DNA from: Octopus sinensis
Lineage: Eukaryota
Assembly (NCBI RefSeq): GCF_006345805.1
Contig: NC_043007.1
Coordinates: 67,456,001-67,520,000 of the forward strand
Direction: 5' to 3'
Length of the DNA: 64,000 nt
Shown: positions 27,181 through 39,708 of the stretch, piece by piece
Position numbering within the stretch: the first letter of the stretch is position 1
How the letters are laid out: every line of letters starts with the position of its first letter
Program-made: the position numbers and the translations under genes
Notes under the pieces: generated by a model
Told to the model about the DNA's origin: nothing
Databases searched by the model: none
What the model saw: the letters and a program-made list of their open reading frames with translations, nothing else

Positions 27181-27574
27181 CTGGAAGAACAGAATAACTG
27201 GTATAAGAACATGAAGTTGTCACAAAATAATACTAAAGAATATTAATTTATATTGTTCTTTTTCAGGAACTCATATCTAAGACAATAAGCCTGTTTCGGC
27301 TTATTCATGAATTTAAGCTCTGTGACTCAATCTTTTTATTAATTACTAAAGTTTCTTTATGCTTCCCCAAATCTATGATTCTACACTAATCCCAGTGTTC
27401 CATTAGACCAATCTCTATTTTTTCCTTTATTGCCATGAATCTACTCCTCTGATACATTTAACAGAAAAAGTATAATGATTTCTTGCAAAACCTGCTTCAC
27501 TTTAGAACTTACTCTTCTTGTCAATTTTCATAATATACTATTCTAAAGCCCATCAAAGTCTAATACTCAGTATG

Positions 27575-28200
27575 ACCTTTGTTAGCCAGTCACTAACTAC
27601 CTGTTTAAGGCTGTATATGGCTATGGCATGTCCACACTCACAGTTTGCATCTCCAGTCTAGAATCCCCATCTTCTTCAGAATATCAATCCAGAGGTGTGC
27701 AACCAAATGAATATCCTCCAACAGTCACCATATCTTGAACATATTGCTTCTCTGGGCATTGATACACTAAAGTTTTGATGCCTGGCAGTTGTCTTGGTAG
27801 AAGCCCATAGAATTATCCACCATCCTTCCAACAACTCTTTACCCATTTTTTAAAATTCAATACCTCTACCTCTCTTAGACATGCTTACAAAATCAAAAAT
27901 TATTTTAGCATTCATGACTTTCAGAAACATTTCCTTGCTTTCAGAATTGTCAAAGAATGGAATAAACTACCTATATCAGTTGTCAGCTGACAAGACACAG
28001 CATTCTTCAAAAATTTCATGTTTCCTGAAATTTGCTAACACAATTTTTGATGTACTTCTATACACTTTTCTCTTTATGAATCTATAACTGTTCACTTTTC
28101 TGTCTCTTTGCACTTTCTTTTGCATGCTATGCATGCACTTTTGGCTACTATTGCTATCTTTCTTTACTCAACTTATTGCTGATCTCTGTCTCCTCTTTTA
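27575..28200 (+). mobile_element. Decayed CR1/L2-type LINE 3' end; related tails at 23925-24150 (+) and 53495-53800 (-)
   Basis: LY-x-A...FASPV*NPHL..NIN, LGIDTL, FRIVKEWNKLP..VV; shared tail ttcctgagattcgccaacactacacc. Confidence 0.7.
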
Positions 28201-28259
28201 CACGTCTTTGTATTATACATTGATTAAATTAAAAGAACCTTCTTCATTAGCTAACTTAC

Positions 28260-28319
28260 TTCATAGTAGCAACAGCAGAGGAAACAGACACAGACTGACT
28301 TGTAACAGAATTAAAATAA
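28260..28319 (-). CDS. MDM1: Probable MDM1 60-nt cassette exon (PYFNSVTSQSVSVSSAVATMK)
   Basis: Donor AA|gtaagt, weaker acceptor gtctccag; phase 2->2, open, Ser-rich; not required for frame. Confidence 0.55.
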
Positions 28320-29253
28320 CTGGAGACTATTGTACAGGTTGAGTTATTTTCATTGTTAAGACACAGAGCAGAATAGAAAAGAGAAATATAAAGGCAGAAA
28401 ATAGAATCTGTAATAGATGTGTAGGTCTAGTGGTTTGATTAACATGTTTGCTTTGCAAGCATGTGGTTTCAGGTTCATAATAACTGTATCACATCTTGGG
28501 CAAATGTCTTCTATTACTGCCCAAGGCTAACCAATACTCTGGGAGTGAAATGGAAGTCAGAAACTGTAAGGTTTATTATGAGTGGATTTGGTTGACAGAA
28601 ACTGAAAGAAGCCCAGTGTGTGTGCAAAGTTTGTTTGTGTTTATCCTTGTCTTGACATCAAGTGATGATTGAAAATGAGCATCTCTATCATGCAAGCAAT
28701 GCTGCTCATTTCCTGACTTCTAAGGTAAAATATTACCTAGCAGGGAAAAAAGTAAGGGTTGGCAAGAGAAGGTCATCCACTATAGAAAATCTGCTTCAAC
28801 AAATTCTGTCTGGCCCATTCAAGCATGAAAAAATGGATGTTAAACATTGATGATGATGATGATGATAAGTATGTATGGATGTATAAGTGTGTGAGTATAA
28901 GTATGTGCATATGTGTGTTTGTGTCTTTGCTTAGTGTTGACATTTGCATACTGGTTGTCCACCTATTGAGCTTTTGTTGTTCAAAAGGACTAAAGGCAAT
29001 ATTATATAGCTTAATAACAGGTGATGGTTGGAGATAGGAAGAGCATCCAGAGGTAGAAAAACTGCTGCAACATGTTTTGTCTGAACCATGCAAGCATGGA
29101 AAAGTGGGTGTTCAAATAGCAATGAAAATGTGATAAATAGTGATATCTATATGAGGATATGATTAACAGGGATATTGGTATGATGATTTGATAAATACAG
29201 ATATCTGTATGATGATGTAATAAAAAAGGGATATCATAAAACAAATCACTTAC

Positions 29254-29477
29254 GGATAATAAGTTATTCCTGCTGGTTTCATCTGAGAAGGATCAATTGT
29301 TGTATTTGACAATTTTCTACAATTTTCCCATTTTTCTGTTTCCTTTGATATCAGCTGTACCATATGTTTTGAACAAAAGTGAGAGTCCAACGCTCTCTGC
29401 CGGTATTGTGCCGCCTTTTCACGTAATTCTAGCACCTGCTTGTACCAGTCTTCATATGATATATCTTCAGTTGGTAC
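29254..29477 (-). CDS. MDM1: MDM1 conserved core exon (VPTEDISYEDWYKQVLELREKAAQYRQRALDSHF...)
   Basis: Acceptor ccatcttaataag, donor CC|gtaagt; 224 nt, phase 0->2; WY-x-x-V-x-ELREKA-x-x-YR-x-R-x-x-x-x-HF is the MDM1 signature. Confidence 0.92.
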
Positions 29478-29635
29478 CTTATTAAGATGGAAGAAACAGT
29501 TTCTTGTGACAGATGATACACTCAAAACATATGTATAGATATTTGGCTTAGGCACTGCGATACTAATAACATGGTGTAGTACTCAATATACATAAGCTTC
29601 CGAATAAAGCATTAGTCAAGCATAGAGCAGTAGTA

Positions 29636-29892
29636 AAAAAAAAAGAGATGAGAAAGGAATAAATGATTATCTTATGAACTTAAGTACCAAACAGTTCTTC
29701 CCGTATAAGATGTTGTGGACTCATAGCAATGTGCCTGAGTAACAACTTATAGCTTCATCAGAGCCTCAAACATGAAGTGATAAGGAATTACTCAGACACT
29801 CAACTATGAGTCCACAGCATCTTATAGCAGAAACAGTTGTAAGCTAATGAAGTTCATAGGATGAGCATTTATTCCTTTGTCATCTCTTTTTT
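29636..29892. repeat. ~257-bp imperfect hairpin
   Basis: aaaagagatgagaaaggaataaatg...cttatgaactt pairs with aagttcatagg...catttattcctttgtcatctctttt; tataagatgttgtggactcatag pairs with ctatgagtccacagcatcttata. Confidence 0.82.
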
Positions 29893-29917
29893 CTTATAAC
29901 TTAACATTATGTACTTT

Positions 29918-30046
29918 ATAATCTCTGACGATGCCTAGAGATATATACAAGTACTTCATGTTCATCTACCTATTATTTCAATCCACTTGAGTAATAAAGG
30001 TAGAATGAGGTATTTTTATCTATTGGCTGAAACAGCTGTAAGTTAT
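29918..30046 (+). ncRNA. Type-I hammerhead motif with long helix II insertion, partly decayed
   Basis: ATAATCT-CTGACGA-tGCC...GGCt-GAAAC-agct-GTA-AGTTAT; helix III ACAGCTGT palindromic. Confidence 0.55.
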
Positions 30047-31367
30047 TTTCCCAATTTATATTCATGTTTTTTATAATAATTACTGGTATCCTTATATATT
30101 ACTATATTTTCTATCTTATATATGTAAAGAATAATATGTTATATGTATGTACATTATTGTAATTATCAGTTTAGTATATAAATAAATAAGTTAACATAAT
30201 ATAATGTCTAAAAGTTGATGAACCACCTATTGTTCTCCTCTATTTTCTTATTGCTATATATATATATCCTCATCCTCATAATCATCGTTTAACATCTACT
30301 TTCCATGCTAGCATGGGTTGGACGATTTTGACTGAGGACTGGCGGTGCATGTTCACGCCAAAGCAGACATTGGAATTTAGGGCTCGTCACAGCCTGCTGG
30401 CTCAGTGGTTTCTGTCTCAAACTGTCCAACCCATGCCAGTATAGAAAAAAAAAATGATGTTAAATGGGGAGGAAGATGATGAAGATATGCATATTACATA
30501 TGTATCTCCATTATTAATAATGGCCAATATAGATGTTAGTTGGTCACACTTTACATTGGTTGTTTCCAGTCATTCTTTACATTGTATAGACATGGGGAGA
30601 GAGAGAGAGAATAAAAGAGATACAGAGTGAGTTAACATAAGAGGTGCATGATGAGTGAACATACTAGGCTTGGTGGTAGGCAATGGCTAAAGGAAGGCTA
30701 CACATACTCAGAGAAAGAATCATAGAGACAGGGGAGTAGGAGAAGGAGAGGGAGTAAACAACAACAAACTGTTCAAAGTGAATATAACACCACAATTGCT
30801 ACAATAATATTAATATACTTTTGCCATCATGGCTAATATCAGGAAATATAGCACACATAAAATAATTGTAATTTAACTTTTATCAAATTACTTATGATGA
30901 CAAAAGTATACTTTCAAAATTACTCAAATTGTTAATATTAATAGATGATATAAGATGGTGAGCTGGTAGAATCATTAGCATGCTAGGCAAAATGCCACTA
31001 GGCATTTCATCTATCCTCATGTTTTGAGTTCAAATTCCACTGAGGTCAATTTTGACTTTCACCCTTTCAGGATCAATAAAATAAGTACCAATTGAGTACT
31101 GGGGTTGATATAATCGATTTACACACTCCTCTGAAATTGCTGGCCTTGTGCCAAAAATTGAAACCAGTATTAATGGATGATATAGTAATTGTTAATGGTT
31201 AATTAGAATAATTTATCTAATTATCTTGTTAAGGAATAAGTATTGCAAATTTGACATTAAAACAAAAATAGTTTTATTCCGTTTTTTATACTAAAGTTAT
31301 GATCTTACATAATTCAAGAGAAATTAAAAACACCAACAGTATTTAACAGTAGAGAAGGTTAATTTAC

Positions 31368-31455
31368 CTCTGGTTCCTTATTTATCCAGGCATTTTTAAC
31401 ATAAGAAAATGATGAGGGCGAATTGAAGTTTTTCTGGTATTCAGACATTAAAACT
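31368..31455 (-). CDS. MDM1: MDM1 exon with SEYxxxF repeat (VLMSEYQKNFNSPSSFSYVKNAWINKEPE)
   Basis: Acceptor ctttcctttag, donor GAG|gtaaat; 88 nt, phase 2->0; SEY...F-x-SP...Y...AW pattern of MDM1. Confidence 0.9.
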
Positions 31456-32118
31456 CTAAAGGAAAGCAATAATAATAATAATAATAATAATAAAGGATTG
31501 TATTTAAAGCGTGTGTAAATTTTTTCATATTTAGTATTTCATTTTAAATGAAAAATAAATTCAAGTGTGGACAAAAATTACTTCCATATGAAAATAAACC
31601 AAGAGAAAAAGTGGAATTTGAGAATACAAGGAACCAGTAAGTTTCCAGATGAAGTAGATAGAACCAGTAATCAAAATAAACCAAGGACAATAATCATGTT
31701 TTTTTTCAAATTCTCCATGTTACATAAATATGAATATCTCAAATCAAAAGAAAACAAAACTGATTCCTTTGGTATAACACCAGATTTTGATCAAATGAAA
31801 CTGTTTATTAGCAAAGAGCACAAACTCTTCAAAAATACAATTGTATTAAATAACCCTTTAGCATTCAGGTTTCTCTGTCAAGTGTAATGCTTTTTTATTC
31901 ACATTGATATGAATTAGTCATGCATTATTTTGTAGCTTTGAGATTTCAATGATATGATTGTTTATTTTTAGAATAACATTATAGGGGAAGAGTGGCCAGT
32001 TTGAACATGAAATAGTTGGATTATTTTGGCTGGATATGGCTGGTTTGAATGTTAAAGGGTTAACGAATAAAGTCATTAAATAGTTTTTAGAAAAAAAATC
32101 AAATGACATTTTACTCAC

Positions 32119-32164
32119 ACAGGGGGACTTTTATCATTCTTCAGTTCAGGATGTGAAGTAACAG
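32119..32164 (-). CDS. MDM1: MDM1 46-nt exon (SVTSHPELKNDKSPPV)
   Basis: Acceptor ttttattttacag, donor GT|gtgagt; phase 1->2. Confidence 0.78.
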
Positions 32165-32990
32165 CTGTAAAATAAAATTGTCAAGAACACACGTGAGGAT
32201 ATTTAAACGGTCAAATATCCACATTTGGATAATCCTAATGATTTCTTATTTTGGTACATCCTCTCTTTTATAATGTGATTAAATATATAACTCCGCTCCA
32301 ACAAAAAATCTCTTCTATTCTGGTTCCTACTTTCCTACTTTAACCTCTTATCCCCAAGCATAAAGCTACCTTCTTACAAGAAACTGCTGCGTTTCTTTCT
32401 TTGATGTTTTACATAGTTCAGTGTACACAAAAGAATGTGTGATAAAAATAAATAGGAATTTTGAAAGAAGTATCTATAAAACTAGCTTCTAAACATCGAA
32501 CGGCTATGGAGGTCCACCAGAATAAAATAGTAACCAAAGGGTTCCATAGACAAAAAATGGTTGAGAACCACTGCTTTTGAGGGTCAATAAATAGGATACC
32601 ATTTCAGTATGATGGAACAACGAGGTCATTAGAACATCCAACAAGATACCTTGTAGCATCTGTTCTGGTACTTTGCATTCTAAGTTCAAATGCCACCTTA
32701 CATCAATGACTTCCTTGTGTCGTGAAATTGGCTCTTTCAGGATCTGGATAATGATGATAGGTCCCTAACATTGTGTCAATTAGAACATCTTAGATATATC
32801 AAAGCACACAAATGGACTCTCCACAAAAGGGAATAAATGCTTAGAAAAAAGAAATAGGGTACAAATTAGGGGAATAAAATAGAAAAAGTAGTTATCTAAC
32901 TTAGATATTCTTTGATAGAATTTGATAAATAAAAAAAAAAAAACACAACTATAATTAATTGAATATTCAATTAAGAAAGAAATTTCTTAC

Positions 32991-33015
32991 ATTCAAGACT
33001 TTTGGCTCTTTTCAT
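32991..33015 (-). CDS. MDM1: MDM1 25-nt microexon (MKRAKSLE)
   Basis: Acceptor ttttttatctttacag, donor T|gtaaga; phase 0->1; needed with the next exon to restore frame. Confidence 0.75.
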
Positions 33016-34468
33016 CTGTAAAGATAAAAAATACATTTTCACTTGTAACAAACAAAAGAAAAGAATCACGTGACATGATCATAGTGACTTCAAATTTTGG
33101 CACAAGGCTAGCAATTTCAGTGGGGCATAAATCAATTACATCAACCCCAGTGCTCAACTGGTACTTATTTTATCAACCCCGAAAGGACGAAAGGCAAAGC
33201 TGACCTTGGCAGTATTCGAACACAGAATGTAAAGTCAGAAGAAATGCTGCGAAGCATTTTTCACAGTGTGATAAAAATTGTGCCTACTCGTCACCTTGTA
33301 ATATGATACTATCATAGTGTAATGTTATTTAATATATATATTTCATTTATAAGGCACAACAATGTAATGTCCATGCCTTTTCCAAGAGTATTAGTAGCCG
33401 TATCAAAGTAAAAGTGTTTCAATTAGGAATTGAAACTGTTTTATGGGCTCATTGTTCAAGATTATCCTTCTTCTACGACATGTAGCACTGTCAAATACAT
33501 TTAGAGTATATATTAAATTTCTTAATTATGATTTGATACTTCATAATAAATCATGTTATATTAAAACTATAGTAGTATTACATTACGACAGGCATAGTTG
33601 GGTGGTTAAGAAGTTTGCTTCCCAGCCATGTGGTTTTGGGTTCAGTCCCAATGCATGGTACCTTGAGAAAATGTTTTCTGCTTATAACCACAGGCCAACT
33701 GAAGCTATGTGAGTAGTTTTGTAGATGGAAATAGAAAGAAGCCTATTGTGCATACTCACAGAGTGGTTTGCGTTAGGAAGGGCATCCAGCTGTAGAAACA
33801 CTGCCAAATCAGACTGGAGCCTGGCGCAGCCTCCTAGCTTTCTAGACTCTGGTTGAACCGTCCAACCCATGCTAGCATGGAAAATGGACATTAAATGATG
33901 ATGATGATGATATATACATATATATATATATATCTGTGTATCATAATTAATGTGTAGATACATCACAGAAAGCCAAATTAACTGCAGTATTTGTCCTGAG
34001 ACAAATTTATTTAACAGTGTATATTTATAAGAGATGTTGATCTCTTATAAATATACACTGTTAAATAACACTAAAATAAATCAGTACCAAGTGAAAATTA
34101 TCAGGCTGCAGTGGTGGTATTGGTAGATGCACATTTCTGCCACTTTTAGCTTTGTCAGTAGCAAGTGCTCACTGGCAACTGCATGCAGACAAAATCCATC
34201 ATCACCAATATAGGAAGACAGTAGCTGAAAAATCACTGATGTTGCATTTAGCCAAGCAGCTGAATAAAAATTTGTTATGTGCATCAGAAGCAGTATTAGT
34301 TTCAAATATCAAACTGCATATCATACTTAAAGCAGATACAGAATGCCAAATTAACTGCAATATTTAGCCAGAGATAATATTTTATTCATGTTATCTGGTA
34401 CAAGGAGGAAGGAGATGAGGAAGTTTTTCCGGAGTAAAATTGAAAAGTAGCTAGATTAAGCAACCAAC

Positions 34469-34897
34469 CTTATGTTTTGGCTCAGTTTTGTCACTGTCTT
34501 CAGTTCTTCTTGATGATGTTGGTCCACTGGTTTCTAATTTTGTTGACAAACTTTCTGTAGTCTTAACAGGTCGTGAGGATGTCTTTTTTTTTATGTCTTT
34601 TTCTTTATTCTTAACAGGTTGTGAGGATGTCTTTTTGCTGGGGCATACATCTTCAGTTGACTCTGATTTTGCCAATGCACCTATCCTTTCAGTTCTCTTA
34701 GAACTCACTGACTTGCTTCTACGTGGATGTTTTATTTTTTTCACAGAGGAATATTCATTTTCTACTGTAGATGCAGTAGAGCAGACATTTTTCTCAGATT
34801 GCGGGCTGCAAAAGTTCCTCTGATACTCTGACATTTTTACTACATAATCATTTTGAGAAGGGGCTTGAGTAAAATGGTTGCCTAAGTGAAAAAGGTT
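34469..34897 (-). CDS. MDM1: MDM1 exon with SEYxxxF repeat (NLFHLGNHF...KMSEYQRNFCSP...EPKHK) and internal KKTSS(Q/R)PVK duplication
   Basis: Acceptor ttttttcattcag, donor AAG|gttggt; 429 nt, phase 0->0. Confidence 0.9.
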
Positions 34898-37425
34898 CTG
34901 AATGAAAAAAGAAGAAAAAAAGAATTGGGTTAAACAAGTAATATGATTATAAACTACTACTACTATTGACCTGAAAGATTTTAATTCTCCATGTGAAAGG
35001 TGAGCAGGTTGATGCATGTCAGTTAATCCTTTTTATCTCATACACAATACGTTACAACATTTTACCAGGTAATGTGTGTAGAGCATAACAGCAGCTGCTA
35101 GTTGTTAAAAATTATACCTCCCAAAACTTGATTGTGATTCTGCCCAGAAGCTTGTGGCTGTGTGGTAAGTAGCTTGCTTACCAACCACATGGTTCCGGGT
35201 TCATTCCCACTGCATGGTACCTTGGGCAAGTGTCTTCTACTATAGCCTCGGGCCAACCAGAGCCTTGTGAGTGGATTTGGTAGACGGAAACTGAAAAAAG
35301 CCTGTCGTATATATGTATGTGTTTGTCCTCCTAACATCACTTGACAAACGATGCTGGTGTGTTTACGTCCCCGTAACTTAGCGGTTTGGCAAAAGAGACT
35401 GATAGAATAAGTACTAGGCTTCCAAAGAATAAGTCCTGGGGTTGATTTGCTTGACTTAAAAGGTGGTGCTCTAGCATGGCCGCAGTCAAATGACTGAAAC
35501 AAGTAAAAGAGTAAAGAGTATATCAATGATTGGGTTCCACTGAAGTCAAAGACCCAACTGTAATATGCTATGTGTTTCAAGGACTATTCATATCAAGAAA
35601 ACACCACTGTATCATAACTCCTGTAAACATGTACAACACTCAGCTAGAACCCTCATAGTCACTTTAAATGTCACCAAGGATTTCTCTAGGTAAAAACACT
35701 TAATTACCATAGCTAAGAAAAACATTCCACAAACTGGTCCTTCTTTTTAGGGACAAAACTATTTCAATCCCCAACATCCTATAAAATTCAAATAAGGCCT
35801 GAAATGGGGCTTTGACCTCTGGATGTTGCAGGTACTATACGCATGCATGCACACACATCTTGGACAGTGTCCAGACAAGGTCCACTTAACAGATTGGAAT
35901 TCAATCATTAATGGACATGCTGTCTCCTCTTTCTGTCTTTTCTATTGCTACTATATTGCTTCTGCTTCTTGGAACTGGTTGGTCTCATTCCTTCACCACT
36001 CAGGCACCTCTGACCCCTTCATCTCTCTTGTTGCATCTAATTTTTCTGGCCCTGTACCAACACCTAAGTCCAATTCTTACTCCCTAATATTATCAATCCT
36101 TTGGAATCACCTCCCCATTCACGTCTTTCCTGCAGGTTTTGACCTGTAACAATTTAAACAGAGCAAAATTAATGGCACAATGGTTATGAGCACTGTTGCT
36201 TTCTCCTGAATTAGTGTGGTATTACTCTTTTACTTTTTTATTTGTTTCAGTCATTTGACTGTGGCCATGCTGGAGCACTGCCTTTAGTCGAAGAAATTGA
36301 CCCCAGGACTTATTCATTGTAAGCCTAGTACTTATTCTATCAGTCTCTTTTGCCGAACCACTAAGTTATGGGGACGTAAACACACCAGCATCGGTTGTCA
36401 AGCGATGTTGGGGGGACAAACACGGACACACAAACATTTACCACCATTGGTTGTCAAGCGATGTTGGGGGGACAAACACGGACACACACACATACATATA
36501 CATATATACGACGGGCTTCTTTCAGTTTCCGTCTACCAAATCCACTCACAAGGCTTTAGTCAGCCCAAGGCTGTAGTAGAAGACACTTGCCCAAGGAGCC
36601 ATGCAATGGGACTGAATGCAGAACCATGTGGTTGGTAAGCAGGCTACTTACCACACAGCCACTCCTGCGCCTATTAGATTAGAATTTAAACAAAATGACA
36701 CTCCCTTAAAATTATGATACTTATGATGCTTGTCCATGTTTACATGGGTCAGATGGGATTTGTTGAGACAGATTTTCCTTTTATCAGATGCCTTTCCTGT
36801 CACCAACCCTTACCTGCTTCCAAGGAAGGTATTATTTCCCCATGGCTGGACATTTTCACAGATGACTGCAAATGAAGGCCACCATTTGTATCATAGTGGC
36901 ACATTTTTTACACATATTAGTTTGCTTCCCAACCCATGTGGCATTGGGTTCTGTCCAACTGCAAGGCATCCTAGGTAAGTGACTTCTGCTATCACCTCAG
37001 GTTGACCAAAGCCTTATGAGCAGATTTGGTAAATGGAAACTGAAAGAAGCCTTTCCTAGATGTGTGCATATGTGTGAGTGTGACATATATGTGTGTACAT
37101 GTGTTTGTGCTTCCTCATTTTTACATCATATCAGAATTGTAAGCAAGAGTCTATGTCATACAAGTGGTATCATTTATTTCCACCCTTCCATGTAAACATA
37201 TCCAGTCAGGGGAAAATACTACCTGGCTTGGAAACAAGTGAGGGTTAGCAACAGGAAAATCTGGCTCTGACCCATGCAAGCATGTAAAAGTGGATGTTAA
37301 AACAATAATGATGATGATGATGATGATGTTGATGAAAATGATGTAAAGATGATGATGATGATGATTTATTTAAAAGCTATAAAACAATGAAATAGTTGAA
37401 CAAGTTTAAATAAGGGAAAAGTTAC

Positions 37426-37557
37426 CTTAGGTTTTTGTACCAAAGAATCTGTTTTCAAAGGTTTCTTCGCTGTGAAGTTTTTCTGATATTCTGAAGACCT
37501 TATTGCAGAACTTCTAGGCGGACCTAAGCCAGATCTATAGAGCAATCCAAGTAATTT
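37426..37557 (-). CDS. MDM1: MDM1 exon with SEYxxxF repeat (KLLGLLYRSGLGPPRSSAIRSSEYQKNF...)
   Basis: Acceptor ttccccacaccag, donor AAG|gtaact; 132 nt; S-E-Y-x3-F microtubule-binding motif. Confidence 0.9.
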
Positions 37558-39291
37558 CTGGTGTGGGGAAAAAACAAAAAAACAAAACAAAACTATAGAA
37601 TAGGAAAAACATGAATGTGAAAAGAACATTTGGTTTCTCAATTGGTCAATTCTGTTCCCTGTCATTAAAAAATGTAATTACATAAGAATTTCTCTCTCCT
37701 TTCTTCCTTCTTTTTCCAACTCCTCTTGCACTCCTTTTATAATGTTGAAAATTAAATTTAATATAATGTTACATTTAATAAACCTAGATCACTGACTAAG
37801 TCGTACTGATGAGATCCAGCTAAATTGAAATAGCAGCTATATATATTAAATACTTATGATTAAATGAAAAATTAAATGAAAGAAAATTTAATACTTTTTT
37901 CTCTTTTACTTGTTTCAGTCATTTGACTGCAGCCATGCTGGAGCACCGCCTTTAGTTAAGCAAATCGACCCCAGGACTTATTCTTTAAAAGCCTAGTACT
38001 TATTCTATCGGTCTCTCTTGCTGAACCGCTAAGTTACGGGGGACGTAAAAACACCACCATCGGTTGTCAAGCGATGTTGGCGGTACAAACACAGACTCAC
38101 AAGCATATCTATATACATATATACGATAGGCTTCTTTCAGTCTCTGTCGACCAAATCCACTCACAAGGCTATAGTAGAAGACACTTGCCCAAGGTGCCAT
38201 GCGGTGGGAATGAACCTGGAACCTTGTGGTTGGTAAGCAAGCTACTTACCACACAGCCACTCCTGCACTTGTATAAGGAAATTTAATACTATACACCTTT
38301 CACTTTGCTAAACAAAAGGAACATGAATTCTTAGCAAGAAGATTCTCTCCTTTACCCTAGAGTACACCCAAAAAAACAGTTCAAAACACCAGCTGTCCCA
38401 GAATTCCTTGTACTAATGAATCGAATACATTATAAACACATATTTGCCATAAAGAACAGGCTGTTCTCCTGTGATGAATACAACAATGATTAGTATATTC
38501 ACATTGAAATCAATCAGAACATATTAAGAATAAATATGCAAGTCATCACTTTGAATCTCTTTGATCATTGTGCACATGACAAAGTTGGCAGATATCAGCA
38601 TGGATCAGCAAACAGTTGGCTGAAATTATAAATAAGACCATCAACTCTTGTTAAATTCATTGTTCTGAGGGTGCTTCTGGCTGACAAGTTACAAAGATGT
38701 CAAAACACTGGCTGTCCTAAGAATCTTATGTGCTAATGAACTTAGTGTATTATGAACACATATTTGTCATAAAAAAGGTGTTCTTCTGTGACAAACACAA
38801 CAGTGGTTAGCTTATTCACATTTGAATCTACTGGAACATATCAAGACTAAATAAATATGCAAGGCATTGTGTATGTGTGTATATAATTATTATTTAATAA
38901 ACACAATATATGTTTCTTTGTGCTACTTTTAGTTTCATGTGATGAAAACATACCAACAGTATTTTTAACATGTCTGGTGCCTTAGCACAATCTTCAAACA
39001 CTGCCCACATGGCATAACAAGCTAAATATAGGACAATAGGATAAGAGAAAAAGCAAGAAAAGGTGAGCAAAAATCGCTATGCTAATCACATACCTTCATT
39101 CCAACACAAGGACAAAAGTAAAGCTACTAAGTTGGCTAGCCATGTATGGGGTTTGATGGCTAACACCATATCACATACGATAAACTGGAAAATACAGTTC
39201 TATATTTGAGAGATGAGGAATTATGTACATTATTTACATTCCTAAGGCATTTTTCTGATGTTATTATAGTTATTATCATTATTATTCCCTC

Positions 39292-39520
39292 GGTCATATG
39301 ACATAGTGGTTAAGAGCACAGGCTACTAACCCCAAGATTCCGAGTTCGATTCCAGGCAGTGACCTGAATAATAACAATAATATCAGAAAAATAACTTAAG
39401 AATGAGAACCCAGGTTCAAAATTCCCCCAGGACACCTGATGAAGGTAGGAGAGTACATCAGCCAAAACGTTAACAACAAACAAGATCAGGACAAATATCT
39501 GTCAAATGTAAATAACATAA
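39292..39520 (+). mobile_element. tRNA-headed element with decayed hammerhead motif in its tail
   Basis: Acceptor stem GGTCA/TGACC, A box TGACATAGTGG (39299), B box GAGTTCGATTCC (39342), CTGATGA at 39436. Confidence 0.75.
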
Positions 39521-39531
39521 ATAATGGAAAC

Positions 39532-39708
39532 TAGAAAATAGTTGAAAAATCCACACCATATGTCAACAGATCAAAAGAATGTAAGCTATGCGTAACTGAA
39601 AGAACGCAAATCCTTTCCAGATCTAAGAACTCTACCACACTGCTGAATTCTAGATCCAAAATTTTCAGCAGTTGTAAACATATGGCTAAGTTCCTGTTGA
39701 CATATTGG
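39532..39708 (+). mobile_element. Penelope-like element ORF C-terminal fragment
   Basis: *KIVEKSTPY...C-K-L-C-x-x-E-R...LLN-x-R-S-x-I-x-S-x-C-K-H, resembling PLE GIY-YIG C-termini. Confidence 0.72.

Noticed and set aside
26538-27212. 224-aa ORF as a standalone gene or terminal exon
   Set aside because: A phase-1 GTAAGT donor at 26584 links it in frame through two more exons to the NFW* terminal exon at 19291-19412
36380-36490. ~58-bp tandem duplication inside a SINE
   Set aside because: Ordinary post-insertion slippage; no evidence of function
39292-39364. tRNA-like cloverleaf, and similar heads at 12670, 16903 and 43655
   Set aside because: SINE heads continuing into repeat bodies; not called as tRNA genes
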